NCBI GenBank assembly: GCA_027493935.1
Contig: JAOSJV010000011.1
Span: 130,811-194,810, forward strand
Origin: Burkholderiales bacterium
Lineage (GTDB): Bacteria > Pseudomonadota > Gammaproteobacteria > Burkholderiales > SG8-39
Length of the DNA stretch: 64,000 nucleotides
Reading direction: 5' to 3'
The position numbers and the translations under genes were made by a program. Below, piece by piece: positions 1-9,998 of this stretch. Every line of letters starts with the position of its first letter. Position 1 is the stretch's first letter. A model generated the notes under the pieces. It did not search any database. It saw only the letters and a list, made by a program, of their open reading frames with translations, and had not been told where the DNA came from.

Positions 1-1
1 C

Positions 2-967
2 GCCGCGCTGAAGGGCATGTTTCTGGCGGAGGGCGGCGCGACGCCCCTCCAGTACGCCGGCGGCGAGCCGACGCTGCATCGCGAGCTGGTGCAGATCGTC
101 GAGCAGGCGAGCGAGCTGGGATTCCGCAAGCAGGAGGTCGATTCCAACGGCCTATTGCTCGCCACCCGGCCGAGCCTGGCACGCGACCTTCGCCGGGCCG
201 GCCTCACCGGCGTATACCTGCAAATGGACACGCTGGACCCGCATGCGTCGACCTACATTCGCGGCCGCGACCTGCTACCGCAGAAGCTGCGCGCCATCGA
301 AAACTGCATGAGCGCCGGCCTGCAGGTCGTGCTCTCGGTGACGGTCGTCCCGGGCGTGAACGATCACCGCGTTTGGGAGATGATCCGATTCGCTGCGGCC
401 GAGCGGCTGACCGGCGTGAACTTCCAGTCCGCGGTGCTCTCGGGCAGGTACCCGGCGGCGCTCGCCCGCCGGAAGGCGCGCTTCACCGCAGGGCATTTCA
501 TGCGCCAAGTGGCGCTGCAAAGCGGCGGGCGCCTGAAGGAGAGCGACCTGATGCCCGTGTCGTGCGCCGATCCGCGCTGCGGGCTGATCGCGTACTGCCT
601 GATCGACCATGAGGGCGAAATCGTACCGATCAACGAGCACCTTGGCGCCGAGCGCCTGCGGCAAGGCATGGCCGAATTCAGCGAATGGGACGCGCTGCTG
701 CGGCAGATCGGCAACGGCGTCTCGTGCTGCAGTTGCGGCGGCGAGGAGAGGACGACGGAGACGCTCGGGCGCCTGCTCGACGGCGCCGAGTGCTTCTCCA
801 TCGGCTTCCACGGCATGATGGATGCATGGAGCTTCGATCAGGAGCGCGCGCGCCGATGCGGCGTGCACAAGCTGACGACCGACGGCAAGCTGATGCCCTT
901 CTGCCTCTACAACATGAAGTACCGTCCGCAGCCCACCGCGAACCCGGTGACCGGACCTCCGGCCTGA
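2..967 (+). CDS. radical SAM enzyme, 5'-truncated by the window edge, with a Cys-rich C-terminal auxiliary domain
   Basis: ORF 17..967 stays open back to base 2 in the same frame. 'YAGGEPTLH..VDSNGLLL..GVYLQMDTLD..VVLSVTVVPGVND' is the radical-SAM barrel downstream of an off-window CxxxCxxC. The C-terminal 'CCSCGG...FSIGFHGMMDAWSFD...CGVHKLTTDGKLMPFCLYN' resembles the zinc-ribbon-like tail of HMPTM/Tes-type radical SAM proteins. Confidence 0.7.
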   Translation, partial: AALKGMFLAEGGATPLQYAGGEPTLHRELVQIVEQASELGFRKQEVDSNGLLLATRPSLARDLRRAGLTGVYLQMDTLDPHASTYIRGRDLLPQKLRAIENCMSAGLQVVLSVTVVPGVNDHRVWEMIRFAAAERLTGVNFQSAVLSGRYPAALARRKARFTAGHFMRQVALQSGGRLKESDLMPVSCADPRCGLIAYCLIDHEGEIVPINEHLGAERLRQGMAEFSEWDALLRQIGNGVSCCSCGGEERTTETLGRLLDGAECFSIGFHGMMDAWSFDQERARRCGVHKLTTDGKLMPFCLYNMKYRPQPTANPVTGPPA

Positions 968-1031
968 CCGGGACGCGCGCGGCGCAAGCCAGCGCCGGGT
1001 CGCGCCGCGCCTCGCGCACGGGACGCCCAGG

Positions 1032-2716
1032 CTAGCCGACGCCTTGCGGCAAGGGCTGGCCGCTTGCTGCGCCCGGCAGCCGAGCGAGCTCCATCTCCCT
1101 GAGCGAATTGCGCTGGATCTTGCCGGTGACCGTGCGGGGCAGCGCGTCGGCTTTCGCGAATTCGATCGCCCGTGGGTACTTGTAGGGCTCCAATTCCTGC
1201 TTCACGAACTCCTGCAGCTGCTTGGCGAGATCCGGCGACGGCGCGACACCTTCCTTCAAGACGACGAACGCCTTGACGATGCTTCCCCGCTCCTTGTCGG
1301 GCAGTCCGATCACCGCGGATTCGAGGACTGCCGGGTGGTTGTTCAGCGCAGTCTCAACCTCTCCGCCGGGCACCTTGTAGCCGGCGGTCACGATCATGTC
1401 GTCGATCCTGCCCTTGAACCAGAAATACCCATCCTCGTCCTGGACGCAGTAGAGGCCGGGCCTGCTCCAGCCGGCGAATGTGCTCTCCGGCGGGCAGACG
1501 CCCTTCTGCTGGGCGTCCGGCCTGCGCCAGTAGAGCTGGCCCACCGGGCCGCGCACCAGCAACTCGCCCGCCGTCCCGGCCGGTACCGGTTCGAGGCGCT
1601 CGTCGACCAACACGTTCTCGTAGCCGGGGACCGAGAGCCCGCTCGAACCGATCTTCCGGTCCGGCATCCCCTCGAACGTCGAAAGCCAGTAGTGCAGCTC
1701 ACTCGAGCCGATCGCGTTGATAATGGTCTGGCCGAACTTCTTGCGCCACTCCAGCGCGGTGTCCTCGGGCAGCGGCTCTCCGGCACTGAGGCACAGCCGC
1801 AGCGCGCCCAGACGATAGAGGCGCTCGGCGTCCGCCACTCCGAGCATCGCGCGAAACGCGGTCGGCACCGCCATCAGCAGCGTGATTCCGTGCCGCTCCG
1901 CCAGGTCGAACTGCCGTTCGGCCGAGAACTGCGAAATGATCGACACACTCGCCCCGAATCGCCAGGGAGAAACAGCAAGGTCGCGCCGAACGCGAACGAG
2001 AAGGAGGGATGCCCGCCGATGACGTCGTCCGGGCACAATCTCAGGATCGGACGGCCCATCGTATCGCCGATCGAAAGCATGCCCTCCACGGTCGTCAGGA
2101 TGCCCTTCGGCTTCCCGGTCGTGCCCGAGCTGTAGATGATGCGCGCGAAGTCCGTTCGGCTCATCTCCTCGCTCGCGGCGGAGTCCGGCTGCGTTCGCGT
2201 CAGCTGCCGGTAGTGGAGCGTTCCCTCGACCGGCTCGCCGTGGACGATCACGTGCCGCAAGCTCGGGCACTCACCCCGCACCTGCTGGACCTCCGCGACG
2301 CTTCCGGAGTGCACGCAGACTGCGACCGCTTCCGAGTCGTTGATTTTGAACCTGACCTCGCTTGCCCGGTTCAGGTGGCTGACCAGGACCGGAATCGCGC
2401 CGACCCGCCAGCAGGCGAAGTTCCAGACGATGTACTCGGGAGTGTTGATCGAGCGGAGAACGACCCTGTCGCCCTTGCCTATCCCCAGCTCCCGCAGCGT
2501 GTTGGCGAACCGGTTCACCTCGCACTGCAGCTGGCCGAACGTAATCCGCTCCGATTCGTGGTGGATCGCGACGCGATCCGCGCCCATCGAGACGATGCGG
2601 TCCAGCAGCGCCTCGGCAAGGTTGAGGCGCGGCGGGTAGTCGAGCTCCGGCAGCAGCTTGACGTTCGCGGGCAGAAACGCCCGCGGCCCTACGTAGTCGC
2701 GTCCGATCTTGTCCAT
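1032..2716 (-). CDS. AMP-dependent acyl/aryl-CoA synthetase (benzoate/anthranilate-CoA-ligase-like), frameshifted in this sequence
   Basis: Minus ORFs 1874..3241 and 1032..2270 carry consecutive parts of one adenylate-forming enzyme. ATG is at 2716 (MDKIGRDYVG). Motifs: 'YSSGTTGKPKG', '...FAFGATLLF' then 'PWRFGASVSIISQF', 'GYKVPGGEVE' and 'PRTVTGKIQR'. The frames join at run 1965-1967, which is one base short. Confidence 0.85.
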
Positions 2717-2760
2717 GCGCGCCGCTGCCCGCGTCCGGCTCGGCAGTCCGATCGTCGTCC

Positions 2761-3810
2761 TCAGCGCGGAGGGTCCGCGACCCGCGAGCTCGGCGGAGCG
2801 CCGACGAGACCCTTGCCGCGGTGACCGAGCCCGGCAAACCGCCCGTATAGCGGCGGCAGTCTCGACAGTGCGTTGACGATGCCTCCCGGCAGGAAAAGCG
2901 CCACCAGTATGTAGAGCGCGCCGAGGACGTAGACCCAGTTGCCTTGGCCGACGAGCGAAGTGGCGTAGGTCTGGGTGAACACGACGACGAACGAGCCGAG
3001 TATGGGGCCGGTCATCGTTCCGGCGCCGCCGAGAACCGTGATGAGGAGGATCTCCGCGCCCACCTGCCAGTCCACCATGGCGGGGGACACGACGTTGTTG
3101 AGGAAGGCGACCATGCTGCCCGCGATGGCGCAGATCCCGCCCGAGAACGCGAACGCGAGGATCTTGTACGGCCGCGTGTTGTAGCCGAGGCTCGACAGGC
3201 GCTCCTCGTTCTGGTGGATCGCGCGGAACACGCGACCCCACTGGGAACGCATGAGCAGCGTCAGGCCGACGAGCACCAGCACCAGGAACGCCAGGGTGAG
3301 ATAGTAGAGTCCGACGCCCGAGAAGAGGTCGACCGTGAAATCGCCGACGACGATGGCGCTCGGCCGGATCCTGGTGATGCTGTTCTCCCCCTGCGTGATG
3401 CCGCGCGGATCGCTGAAGATGAAGAGCTCCGAGACGTGCGCCAGCGCGAAGGTCACGATGGCGAGGTAGATTCCGCGCGTGTAGCTGCAGAGCCAGCCCA
3501 TCGCCGCGCCTAGCAGCACCCCGGCGAGCAATGCGACGCCGATGAGCGCGACCGGGTTCTTCACGTCGAATACGGTTTGCGAAAGTATGCCGATCGCGTA
3601 CGCCGGCAGGCCGTAGAGCACGCTGTGGCCGAAGGAAACGATGCCGGTGTGGCCGAACAGGAGGTCGTAACCCAGCGCGAAGATGCTGAAGGTGAGCGCC
3701 AGCGTCACGAGATAGACGAGGTACGGCCCGCTGACGAACGGAAGCGCCACGAGCAGCGCCAGGACCATCAGCGGCACCCCGCGCGAACGGCTGAGGAGCG
3801 TTCGCATCAT
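2761..3810 (-). CDS. branched-chain-amino-acid-type ABC transporter permease (LivM/BraE family)
   Basis: ATGATG at 3810 overlaps the upstream permease stop (ATGA). 'ALGYDLLFGHTGIVSFGH' and 'NEERLSSLGYNTRPYKILAFAFSGGICAIAGS' are LivM-type motifs. The rest of the 635-aa ORF 2761..4668 is an out-of-gene extension. Confidence 0.9.
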   Translation of the reverse strand: MMRTLLSRSRGVPLMVLALLVALPFVSGPYLVYLVTLALTFSIFALGYDLLFGHTGIVSFGHSVLYGLPAYAIGILSQTVFDVKNPVALIGVALLAGVLLGAAMGWLCSYTRGIYLAIVTFALAHVSELFIFSDPRGITQGENSITRIRPSAIVVGDFTVDLFSGVGLYYLTLAFLVLVLVGLTLLMRSQWGRVFRAIHQNEERLSSLGYNTRPYKILAFAFSGGICAIAGSMVAFLNNVVSPAMVDWQVGAEILLITVLGGAGTMTGPILGSFVVVFTQTYATSLVGQGNWVYVLGALYILVALFLPGGIVNALSRLPPLYGRFAGLGHRGKGLVGAPPSSRVADPPR

Positions 3811-4691
3811 CGTCCGTCCATCACCGACGCGATGCCCATGATTCCGCGCGGACGCAGCAGCAGGATCGCCAGCAGCACGACGAACGCCAGGATGTCGGCG
3901 AGGTTGCCCGAGATGTAGATGCTCGAAATCGACTTGGTCATGGCGATGATGGTCGCCGCGATCACGGTCCCGCCGATGCTCCCCATGCCGCCCACGATGG
4001 TAATCACGAAGATCATCCCGATGAGCTCGATCCCCATGTTGGGGTAGACCGAGAACACCGGCCCCGCCAATCCCCCCGCGAGCCCGGCCACGACCATGCC
4101 GATGGTGAACATGACGGCGCTGACCCTGTCCACGTTGACGCCCATGCACGAGGCGACCTGGCGGTCGTGGATCGCCGCCAGGCAGCGGATCCCGATGTCC
4201 GTATGCCGGAGCAGCAGCGCCATGCTGGCGAGAACGACGGTCGACAGCCCCATCGCGGCGAGGAAATAGACCGGGTAGTGGATGTCGAGGCCGAACATGC
4301 CGATGCGCACGTGCCCGAGCGGGACCGGAAGAAGCTTGGGATCCGGACCCCAGATCGTGTTGGCGAGTTGCAGGAAGATGATCGACACGCCCACCAGCGC
4401 GAGCAGCGCCTCTAAGGGCGAGCGCTGGCTCAAGGGCCGCACGATGGTCAGGTAGAGGAGCACCCCGACGACGCCGGAGACCAGCATCGCCGCGACGAGC
4501 CCGAGCCAGAAGCTGCCGACGGTCGTGAACACCGTATACGTGACGTAGCCGCCCAGCATGTAGAACGAACCGTGGGCGAAATTGAGCACGCCCATCAATC
4601 CGAGCACGATGGTCAGCCCCAACGCCACCAGGGCGAAGATGAGACCGATGGTGATCCCGTTCAGGCACTGGGCGACCAGGACGTCGGCCAC
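3807..4691 (-). CDS. branched-chain-amino-acid-type ABC transporter permease (LivH/BraD family)
   Basis: 294-aa polytopic membrane ORF. 'GLMGVLNFAHGSFYMLGGY' is the typical LivH N-terminus. GTG start at 4691 follows GGTAGGAG. Confidence 0.9.
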   Translation of the reverse strand: MADVLVAQCLNGITIGLIFALVALGLTIVLGLMGVLNFAHGSFYMLGGYVTYTVFTTVGSFWLGLVAAMLVSGVVGVLLYLTIVRPLSQRSPLEALLALVGVSIIFLQLANTIWGPDPKLLPVPLGHVRIGMFGLDIHYPVYFLAAMGLSTVVLASMALLLRHTDIGIRCLAAIHDRQVASCMGVNVDRVSAVMFTIGMVVAGLAGGLAGPVFSVYPNMGIELIGMIFVITIVGGMGSIGGTVIAATIIAMTKSISSIYISGNLADILAFVVLLAILLLRPRGIMGIASVMDGR

Positions 4692-4695
4692 GCTC

Positions 4696-5406
4696 CTACC
4701 CCCTCACGCCCAGGTAATGGCGCTGCACTTCGAGATTGCCGAGCAGCTCCTCACGGCCCGCGTGGTACACGATGCGGCCTTTCTCGATGACGTAGGCGCG
4801 ACCGGCGACGAAGAACGCGCGCTCGCAGCTGGTCGAGGCGAAGAGCAAGGTCACGCCCATCGCCTGGATCATCCGCAGGGCCTCGATCACCCGCCGAACC
4901 GCCTTCGGCGACAGGCCTTCCATCGGCTCGTCGAGCAGCAGCAGCGTCGGCCGCGTCATCAGGGCGCGGGCGATCACCAGCATCTGCTGCTGACCCCCGC
5001 TGAGACCGGCGGCGCCCGTCTTCAGCTTTTCCTTCAGCTCGGGGAACACCTTGAGGACGAACTGTATCCGCTCTTCGCGATCGACAAGCGCCCCGCCGAC
5101 CGGGACGCGAAGGTGGTCGTGCACGCTCAGTGCGGGAAAGATCCGGCGGCCTTCTGGAACCAGCGCGATGCCCTGGCGCGCGATCGCGTGCGAGGGCCAT
5201 CCGGTGATGTTCGTTCCCGCGAACGTTATGCGACCCTGCCGTGGGACCACCATCGACACGATGCTCTTGATGGTGGTCGTCTTGCCCTGCCCGTTGCGCC
5301 CGAGGAGCGCGACCGCCTCGCCCTCCGCGCACTCGAGGGAAACACCCTGCAGGACGTAGGCGGCACCGTAGTAGGCGTGCAGCCCTTCGAGCTGGAGCAG
5401 CGCCAC
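4696..5406 (-). CDS. ABC transporter ATP-binding protein (LivF/BraG family)
   Basis: Walker A 'GRNGQGKTT', signature 'LSGGQQQML' and Walker B 'LLLLDEP'. The start abuts the LivG-like stop. Confidence 0.9.
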   Translation of the reverse strand: MALLQLEGLHAYYGAAYVLQGVSLECAEGEAVALLGRNGQGKTTTIKSIVSMVVPRQGRITFAGTNITGWPSHAIARQGIALVPEGRRIFPALSVHDHLRVPVGGALVDREERIQFVLKVFPELKEKLKTGAAGLSGGQQQMLVIARALMTRPTLLLLDEPMEGLSPKAVRRVIEALRMIQAMGVTLLFASTSCERAFFVAGRAYVIEKGRIVYHAGREELLGNLEVQRHYLGVRG

Positions 5407-6165
5407 TCACCCGCCTCCGCCGAAGTAGACTTCGTCGACCACGGGATCGGCGGCAACCTCCTCGGGCGTCCCCTCGGCGATGATCGATCCCTGGTCGAGC
5501 ACTGTGATGCGGTGCGCGATCTTCATGACGAAGCGGACGTCGTGATCGGTGACCAGTATGGTGCGGTTCTCCGCGCACGACATGATCATTCCGATGATCA
5601 GCGCGATGTCGTTCTCGTCTATTCCCGCAGTCGGCTCGTCCAGGAGCAGCAGCTCCGGATCCGACGTCAGCGCCATCAGCGTTTCCAGCTTCTTCTGCTC
5701 GGCGTAGTTGAGCGAGCCCGCCTTCACCGACGGGTCCCTGATCCAGCGGAAGCGATCGAGCACTTCGGCAACCCGCCGCTCCACGGCCGCGCCGGCCACC
5801 CATTCGAACGGATGCGTTGTCCGCTTCAGCGCAGCCTGGGCCGCGATGCGAACGTTTTCCTCCACGCTGGAATCCGCGAAGAGGTTCACGATCTGGAACG
5901 AGCGCGCCATGCCCTGCTTGAAGCGCCGGAATGGCGGCAAGTGATCGATGCGCGCCCCCTTGAACTCGATGCTGCCTGAGGAGCACGGCAAGACGCCGGT
6001 GATCAGGTTGAACAAGCTCGTCTTGCCGGCGCCGTTCGGACCGATCAGGGCCCGGATCTCGCCCGGCACCAGCGCCAGGCTCACTTTATCGACCGCCGTC
6101 AGGCCGCCGAAGCGTCGCGTGACGTCAGACACGCGCAGGATCGCGCTGGCGGACGGCTGCGCCAT
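5407..6165 (-). CDS. ABC transporter ATP-binding protein (LivG/BraF family)
   Basis: Internal ATG at 6165 (MAQPSASAILRVSDVTRRFGGL). Walker A 'GPNGAGKTS', 'YAEQKKLE' and 'LLLLDEPTAG'. The upstream part of ORF 5407..6333 is not homologous. Confidence 0.9.
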   Translation of the reverse strand: MAQPSASAILRVSDVTRRFGGLTAVDKVSLALVPGEIRALIGPNGAGKTSLFNLITGVLPCSSGSIEFKGARIDHLPPFRRFKQGMARSFQIVNLFADSSVEENVRIAAQAALKRTTHPFEWVAGAAVERRVAEVLDRFRWIRDPSVKAGSLNYAEQKKLETLMALTSDPELLLLDEPTAGIDENDIALIIGMIMSCAENRTILVTDHDVRFVMKIAHRITVLDQGSIIAEGTPEEVAADPVVDEVYFGGGG

Positions 6166-6212
6166 GCGTCCCTCGGGCTCCCCGGAAGGCGGCGTCTTCA
6201 GCGGCCCTCGAT

Positions 6213-7472
6213 TCAATACTTCATCTTGTCGTAGTTGGCCTTCACGTCGCACGGGAGCAGCGCGTTCTTCGGATCCGCGTAGGTCTTCAGGATCTTCCAG
6301 CGGCCGGGCGCGAATTCCTCCGACTTCACCCACTCGACGGTGTAGAGCGGCTGGTAGGATTTCTGGTCGCAGCCCCGCACCCCGTAGGGCCGCCCGGTGA
6401 TCGGGTCGGGGTCCTCCAGCCCCTGCAGCGCGCGCATGACCTTCGCGCTCTCAAGGCTCTTCGCCTTCTCGACCGCCATGAGGAACAAGCGCATGCCCTG
6501 GTACGTGCTGGAGGCCGGCCAGCCGGGCCATTCGCCGAACCGCTTGTGGTAGCGCTGCGCGAAGCTCTTCGAGAGCGGCCAGTCGGGGTTGTCCTCGACG
6601 TAGTCCACCGTCGCGGTGACGCCGAAGGCGGCATTACCGGCGGCTTGCGCCGACGGGCGCTCGCCGTACGACCAGTGAATGTGCGCCACCTTCGTGAGGC
6701 CCATGGCTTCAGCCTGCGTCTGGAACTGAACGAATCGCCCCGGAACGACGACGAACACGACGTCGGGCTTGGCGGCGATGGCGTTGGTGATGGCGGAGGC
6801 GTAGTTGACCTCGCCCGGCTTGGCCCAAGACTCCCCGACCACCTTGAAGGCGGCGCCGTACTTCTCGGTGAGCGCCTTCTGGGCGAAGCCGACCGCCTCG
6901 TGCCCGTGTTCGTAGTCGGTGGCGACGAAGTACCAGCGCTTTCCCTTCAGCTCCGCGACGTCCAGCGCGGCGTACCCCCGCTGCACGCTATTGAGCCACG
7001 TGTAGAACATGTAGGGGTGGGGATTCGGCTTGACACGGCCTTTCGGGTACGACGTCTCCTTGGCGATCCCGGAAAGGAAGACCGAGCCGCCGGACGGATA
7101 GAGGAACGGGATCCTGAACTCGTCGGCGACGGCGGCGACGGCGTTGTTGATCGGGGTATGGATCGCACCGACGAGCAGGTGAACCTTCTCGTTCAGGATC
7201 AGCTCCCGCGCTCCGGTGACCGACTTCTCGACCTGGGTCCCGTTGTCGCGGATGACGAGCTCCGGCACCTTGCCGTGCAGCATGCCGTGATCCTCCACGG
7301 CGAGCTTCAGGCCGTTCAGGTGGCTGGGCCCCAGGCTCGCGTAGATCCCGGTGTGCGGATAGAGCACGCCGATCCTCGGCGTCGGTTGCGCGAGACTCGG
7401 CGCGGCGGAAAGCAAGAGCAGAGTCGGCGACAAGAAGAGCGCTGACGAAAGTCCCCTGCGCGTCTTGGTCAT
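6213..7472 (-). CDS. periplasmic substrate-binding protein of the Liv-type ABC transporter (LivK/type I PBP family)
   Basis: ATG at 7472 is preceded by GAGGAGGAG. Signal peptide 'MTKTRRGLSSALFLSPTLLLLSAAPSLAQ'. ~400-aa mature domain, first gene of the transporter operon. Confidence 0.85.
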   Translation of the reverse strand: MTKTRRGLSSALFLSPTLLLLSAAPSLAQPTPRIGVLYPHTGIYASLGPSHLNGLKLAVEDHGMLHGKVPELVIRDNGTQVEKSVTGARELILNEKVHLLVGAIHTPINNAVAAVADEFRIPFLYPSGGSVFLSGIAKETSYPKGRVKPNPHPYMFYTWLNSVQRGYAALDVAELKGKRWYFVATDYEHGHEAVGFAQKALTEKYGAAFKVVGESWAKPGEVNYASAITNAIAAKPDVVFVVVPGRFVQFQTQAEAMGLTKVAHIHWSYGERPSAQAAGNAAFGVTATVDYVEDNPDWPLSKSFAQRYHKRFGEWPGWPASSTYQGMRLFLMAVEKAKSLESAKVMRALQGLEDPDPITGRPYGVRGCDQKSYQPLYTVEWVKSEEFAPGRWKILKTYADPKNALLPCDVKANYDKMKY

Positions 7473-7982
7473 ATGAAGCTCCTCCTCGAGCGTGGATTGC
7501 GTCTTGCGGCCGGCCCCCCGGGAACGATGCGGCGTCGTCCAGCGCCGTCTCTCGCGCGCGCGGTGCCGTCGAGTCGCTCCCTCCCGACTCTCGGGCGGCA
7601 CGGCTAAGCGCTCTGCGACGCACGGCGCTGTGCAGCAAGCAACGTATCGCGGTCGCCCTTCGAGATATCCGACCGATCCAGTTGCAGACTAAGGGAATGC
7701 CTGCTGCTCCCACAATGGGCGAGCAGTTGCGTGGCGAAAAATTCAGACCGGCTGACAAATCGGCCGATCCGATTCGCAGGAATCGGCTGTCGATGTTCCA
7801 ATGCGAACGTCGCGCAACCGGCGACCGGGCGGCTCGGGAGGAAGGCTCTGTAAAGGGATTCGCATTCGCAATCCCTAAGCGCTTGCTTCTAGCCGAAGAG
7901 CGTTTTGATCTAAGTCACAGCGCTTTGAGCGAGACTAATTATCGTTATAGCGCTACAGTTGCGCGGGCGGAGAGAGGAGCTT

Positions 7983-8870
7983 GTGAGCCGAGCGCTTGGA
8001 ATCGCTTCTGGAACGTTCGGACGCGTGGCCCTATTGGACATGAGCGGACCGTTGGTCCGGCATGCTCATCCGCACAGCCACGTCTTGATCAAGCTCGAAG
8101 GCGCCGATGAGACGTTCGTCGTCGACGGCAATCCGTACCGGATGACCGACGACGCCGCGATCCTCGTCAATACCTGGACGGAACACTGGTATCCGCACTC
8201 CGGGAACCCCAAGGGCTCCCTGTGCTTGGCCATGTACATCGAGCCGGAGTGGCTCGCAGAGCTCGACCGCGACTTTCGGCTCAGCTGCCGTCCGGATTTC
8301 TTCCCGCGCTCCTGCGTGAGCATCCCGCAGGACGTCCGGGAGACGGCCCGCGCGATTGCCGAGGAGATCAAGCTGTCCGACAGGGCCGATCTGGAGCGGA
8401 TCCGCATGCTCATCTTCGACCTGATGGCAACACTCGTCGGGCGCTATTCGCTCTTGTCCCAGCACGACACCTGCCTTCGCCTGCCGCCGGTCGGCTACGA
8501 CCACCGAATACGCCGGGCGCTGATGCTGCTGGAGGCTTCGGCAGGCCGTCCCGTCAGGACGGAGACGCTGCTCTCGGCCGCGGCCCTTTCGCGCCCGCGG
8601 TTCTTCCAGCTGTTCAAGGAACAGACCGGGCTGACGCCCGTCGTCTACGGCAACGCCGTGCGGCTCGAGTCCGTGTTGCACGACATGGTGCGCTCAGACC
8701 AGGCCATGGCGGAAATCGCCTCGCGGCACGGGTTCTCCGAGCAGAGCAACTTCACCCGGTTCTTCCGCCAGCACACCGGCGTCCCGCCTGCCGCCTACCG
8801 GCGCAGGTTGCTAGACGAAAGCACCCATCGAGCGCAATCGCCGAGGAGGTGTAGCCGAGGCGCGTCCTGA
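7983..8870 (+). CDS. AraC family transcriptional regulator, divergent from the ABC/ligase operon
   Basis: N-terminal cupin-like sensor and C-terminal double HTH ('RPRFFQLFKEQTGLTPVVYGNAVRLE...FSEQSNFTRFFRQHTGVPPAAYRR'). GTG at 7983 follows GAGAGGAG. The track's TTG at 7959 is an alternative start. Confidence 0.85.
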   Translation: MSRALGIASGTFGRVALLDMSGPLVRHAHPHSHVLIKLEGADETFVVDGNPYRMTDDAAILVNTWTEHWYPHSGNPKGSLCLAMYIEPEWLAELDRDFRLSCRPDFFPRSCVSIPQDVRETARAIAEEIKLSDRADLERIRMLIFDLMATLVGRYSLLSQHDTCLRLPPVGYDHRIRRALMLLEASAGRPVRTETLLSAAALSRPRFFQLFKEQTGLTPVVYGNAVRLESVLHDMVRSDQAMAEIASRHGFSEQSNFTRFFRQHTGVPPAAYRRRLLDESTHRAQSPRRCSRGAS

Positions 8871-9205
8871 CCTTTGGCCTTCCCGGCCAATCCCCTGTTC
8901 GCGCCGCTAGCCTGGACGAGCCGCTCGGCCACGTTGCCAGCGAGAGCGCCGCGAAGCCGACGAAGACCGCCGTCGTCCACCACGTCGTCGTCTCGTTCGC
9001 CAAGACGTCCGACACGACCGCGAGCGCGGTGAAGAACACCAACACGACGAGCCCGAGGACGAGCGTGCTCGGCGGGAATCCGCCGCGCCGCATCGGCGCG
9101 CGGCCGCGCCCGGAGCCGGCTCCTCGCCACCCAGTCCATGCTCGCGGCCATTCCGGTGCCCCACAGCATCCATTGAAGGGCGGACGGCCACCAAGGGTGG
9201 CTCAT
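8752..9205 (-). CDS. possible small membrane protein; frame and ends unresolved
   Basis: 'MSHPWWPSALQWMLWGTGMAASMDWV' (frame of ORF 8795..9292) and 'STLVLGLVVLVFFTALAVVSDVL..WWTTAVFVGFAALSLATW' (ORF 8752..9093) look like pieces of one hydrophobic protein split between frames. No family recognised, and the 3' end would overlap araC. Confidence 0.25.
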
Positions 9206-9236
9206 GGCTCGGTCAGGGCGCGCGCGTTCTCGATGC

Positions 9237-9746
9237 TCACGACGAGACTCCGGGATTGAGCCTCCAGACCGAAAAGGTGAGCGCGCAGGCAAACGTCACC
9301 CAGGCCAGGTAGGGAAGCAGCAGCGCGGCGGCGAGCGAGTGCAGCCGCCAGAACGCTACGACGGTGCCCGCGACGAGAACCCAAAGCAGCAGGATCTCGG
9401 CAAACGCCAGACCGCCCTGGCGCCAGACGAAGAACAGCCACGTCCACAACGCATTCGCGGCAAGCTGGACGACGAAGAGAACGAGGGCCGTGGCCGCGCG
9501 GCGGAAACCGTGCGCCCGCCAGGCGAGCCACGCGGCCACGCCGATCAGAACGTAGAGGACGGACCAGACCGGCCCGAATAGCGACGCCGGTGGAGCCCAG
9601 TCGGGACGGACGAGCTCGCGGTAGAAGGTGCCGGCACCCGCGGAAGCGACGCCGGCGACCGCGGCAGCCGCAAACGTCACGACGAGCCAGCCGACGAGGC
9701 CGAGCGCTTGCTTTGCAGGCGACAGGTGGGACGTTGCGTTTTGCAC
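9237..9746 (-). CDS. tspO: TspO/MBR family tryptophan-rich sensory protein
   Basis: 169 aa, five TM segments, Trp-rich. 'YRELVRPDWAPPASLFGPVWSVLY', 'QLAANALWTWLFF' and 'LLPYLAWVTFA' match the TspO signature. Confidence 0.85.
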   Translation of the reverse strand: MQNATSHLSPAKQALGLVGWLVVTFAAAAVAGVASAGAGTFYRELVRPDWAPPASLFGPVWSVLYVLIGVAAWLAWRAHGFRRAATALVLFVVQLAANALWTWLFFVWRQGGLAFAEILLLWVLVAGTVVAFWRLHSLAAALLLPYLAWVTFACALTFSVWRLNPGVSS

Positions 9747-9765
9747 CGGGGAAACTCCGCAGGAC

Positions 9766-9793
9766 TGTCATTCCCACGTAAGTGCGCGGGATG
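9766..9793. repeat. REP-like palindromic unit, family A (diverged copy)
   Basis: 'gtcattcccacgtaagtgcgcgggatgg' shares the gtcattccc...gggaat core with the copies at 13228 and 15603. Confidence 0.45.
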
Positions 9794-9998
9794 GAGGCGA
9801 TTGAAGCACGGCAGCGGCGGTGCGAGCCGGAGCGACGCGAGCCCGGTGGCGGTCTGGACCGCCAGGCTTCTCCCGGCCCCTGCGAGACGATCGGTCAGCG
9901 CATCGAGGTGGCTGAGCGCCGCCGCGATCGCGCGCGAGCGGCGGAAGACGTAGCGCGCGCGGCGCTCGTCGAAGCCGGTGATGCTGCGGCCCACGGCA

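Noticed and set aside
2761-4668. A 635-aa ORF extending the LivM-like permease upstream
   Set aside because: The extension overlaps the LivH-like gene in another frame and is Arg/His/Gly/Asp-rich nonsense. The ATGATG at 3810, overlapping the livH-like stop, is the natural start.
7604-7801. A 65-aa ORF in the livK-like/araC intergenic region
   Set aside because: It has no ribosome-binding site and no recognisable motif. It lies in the AT-richer control region, so it is more likely promoter or operator DNA.
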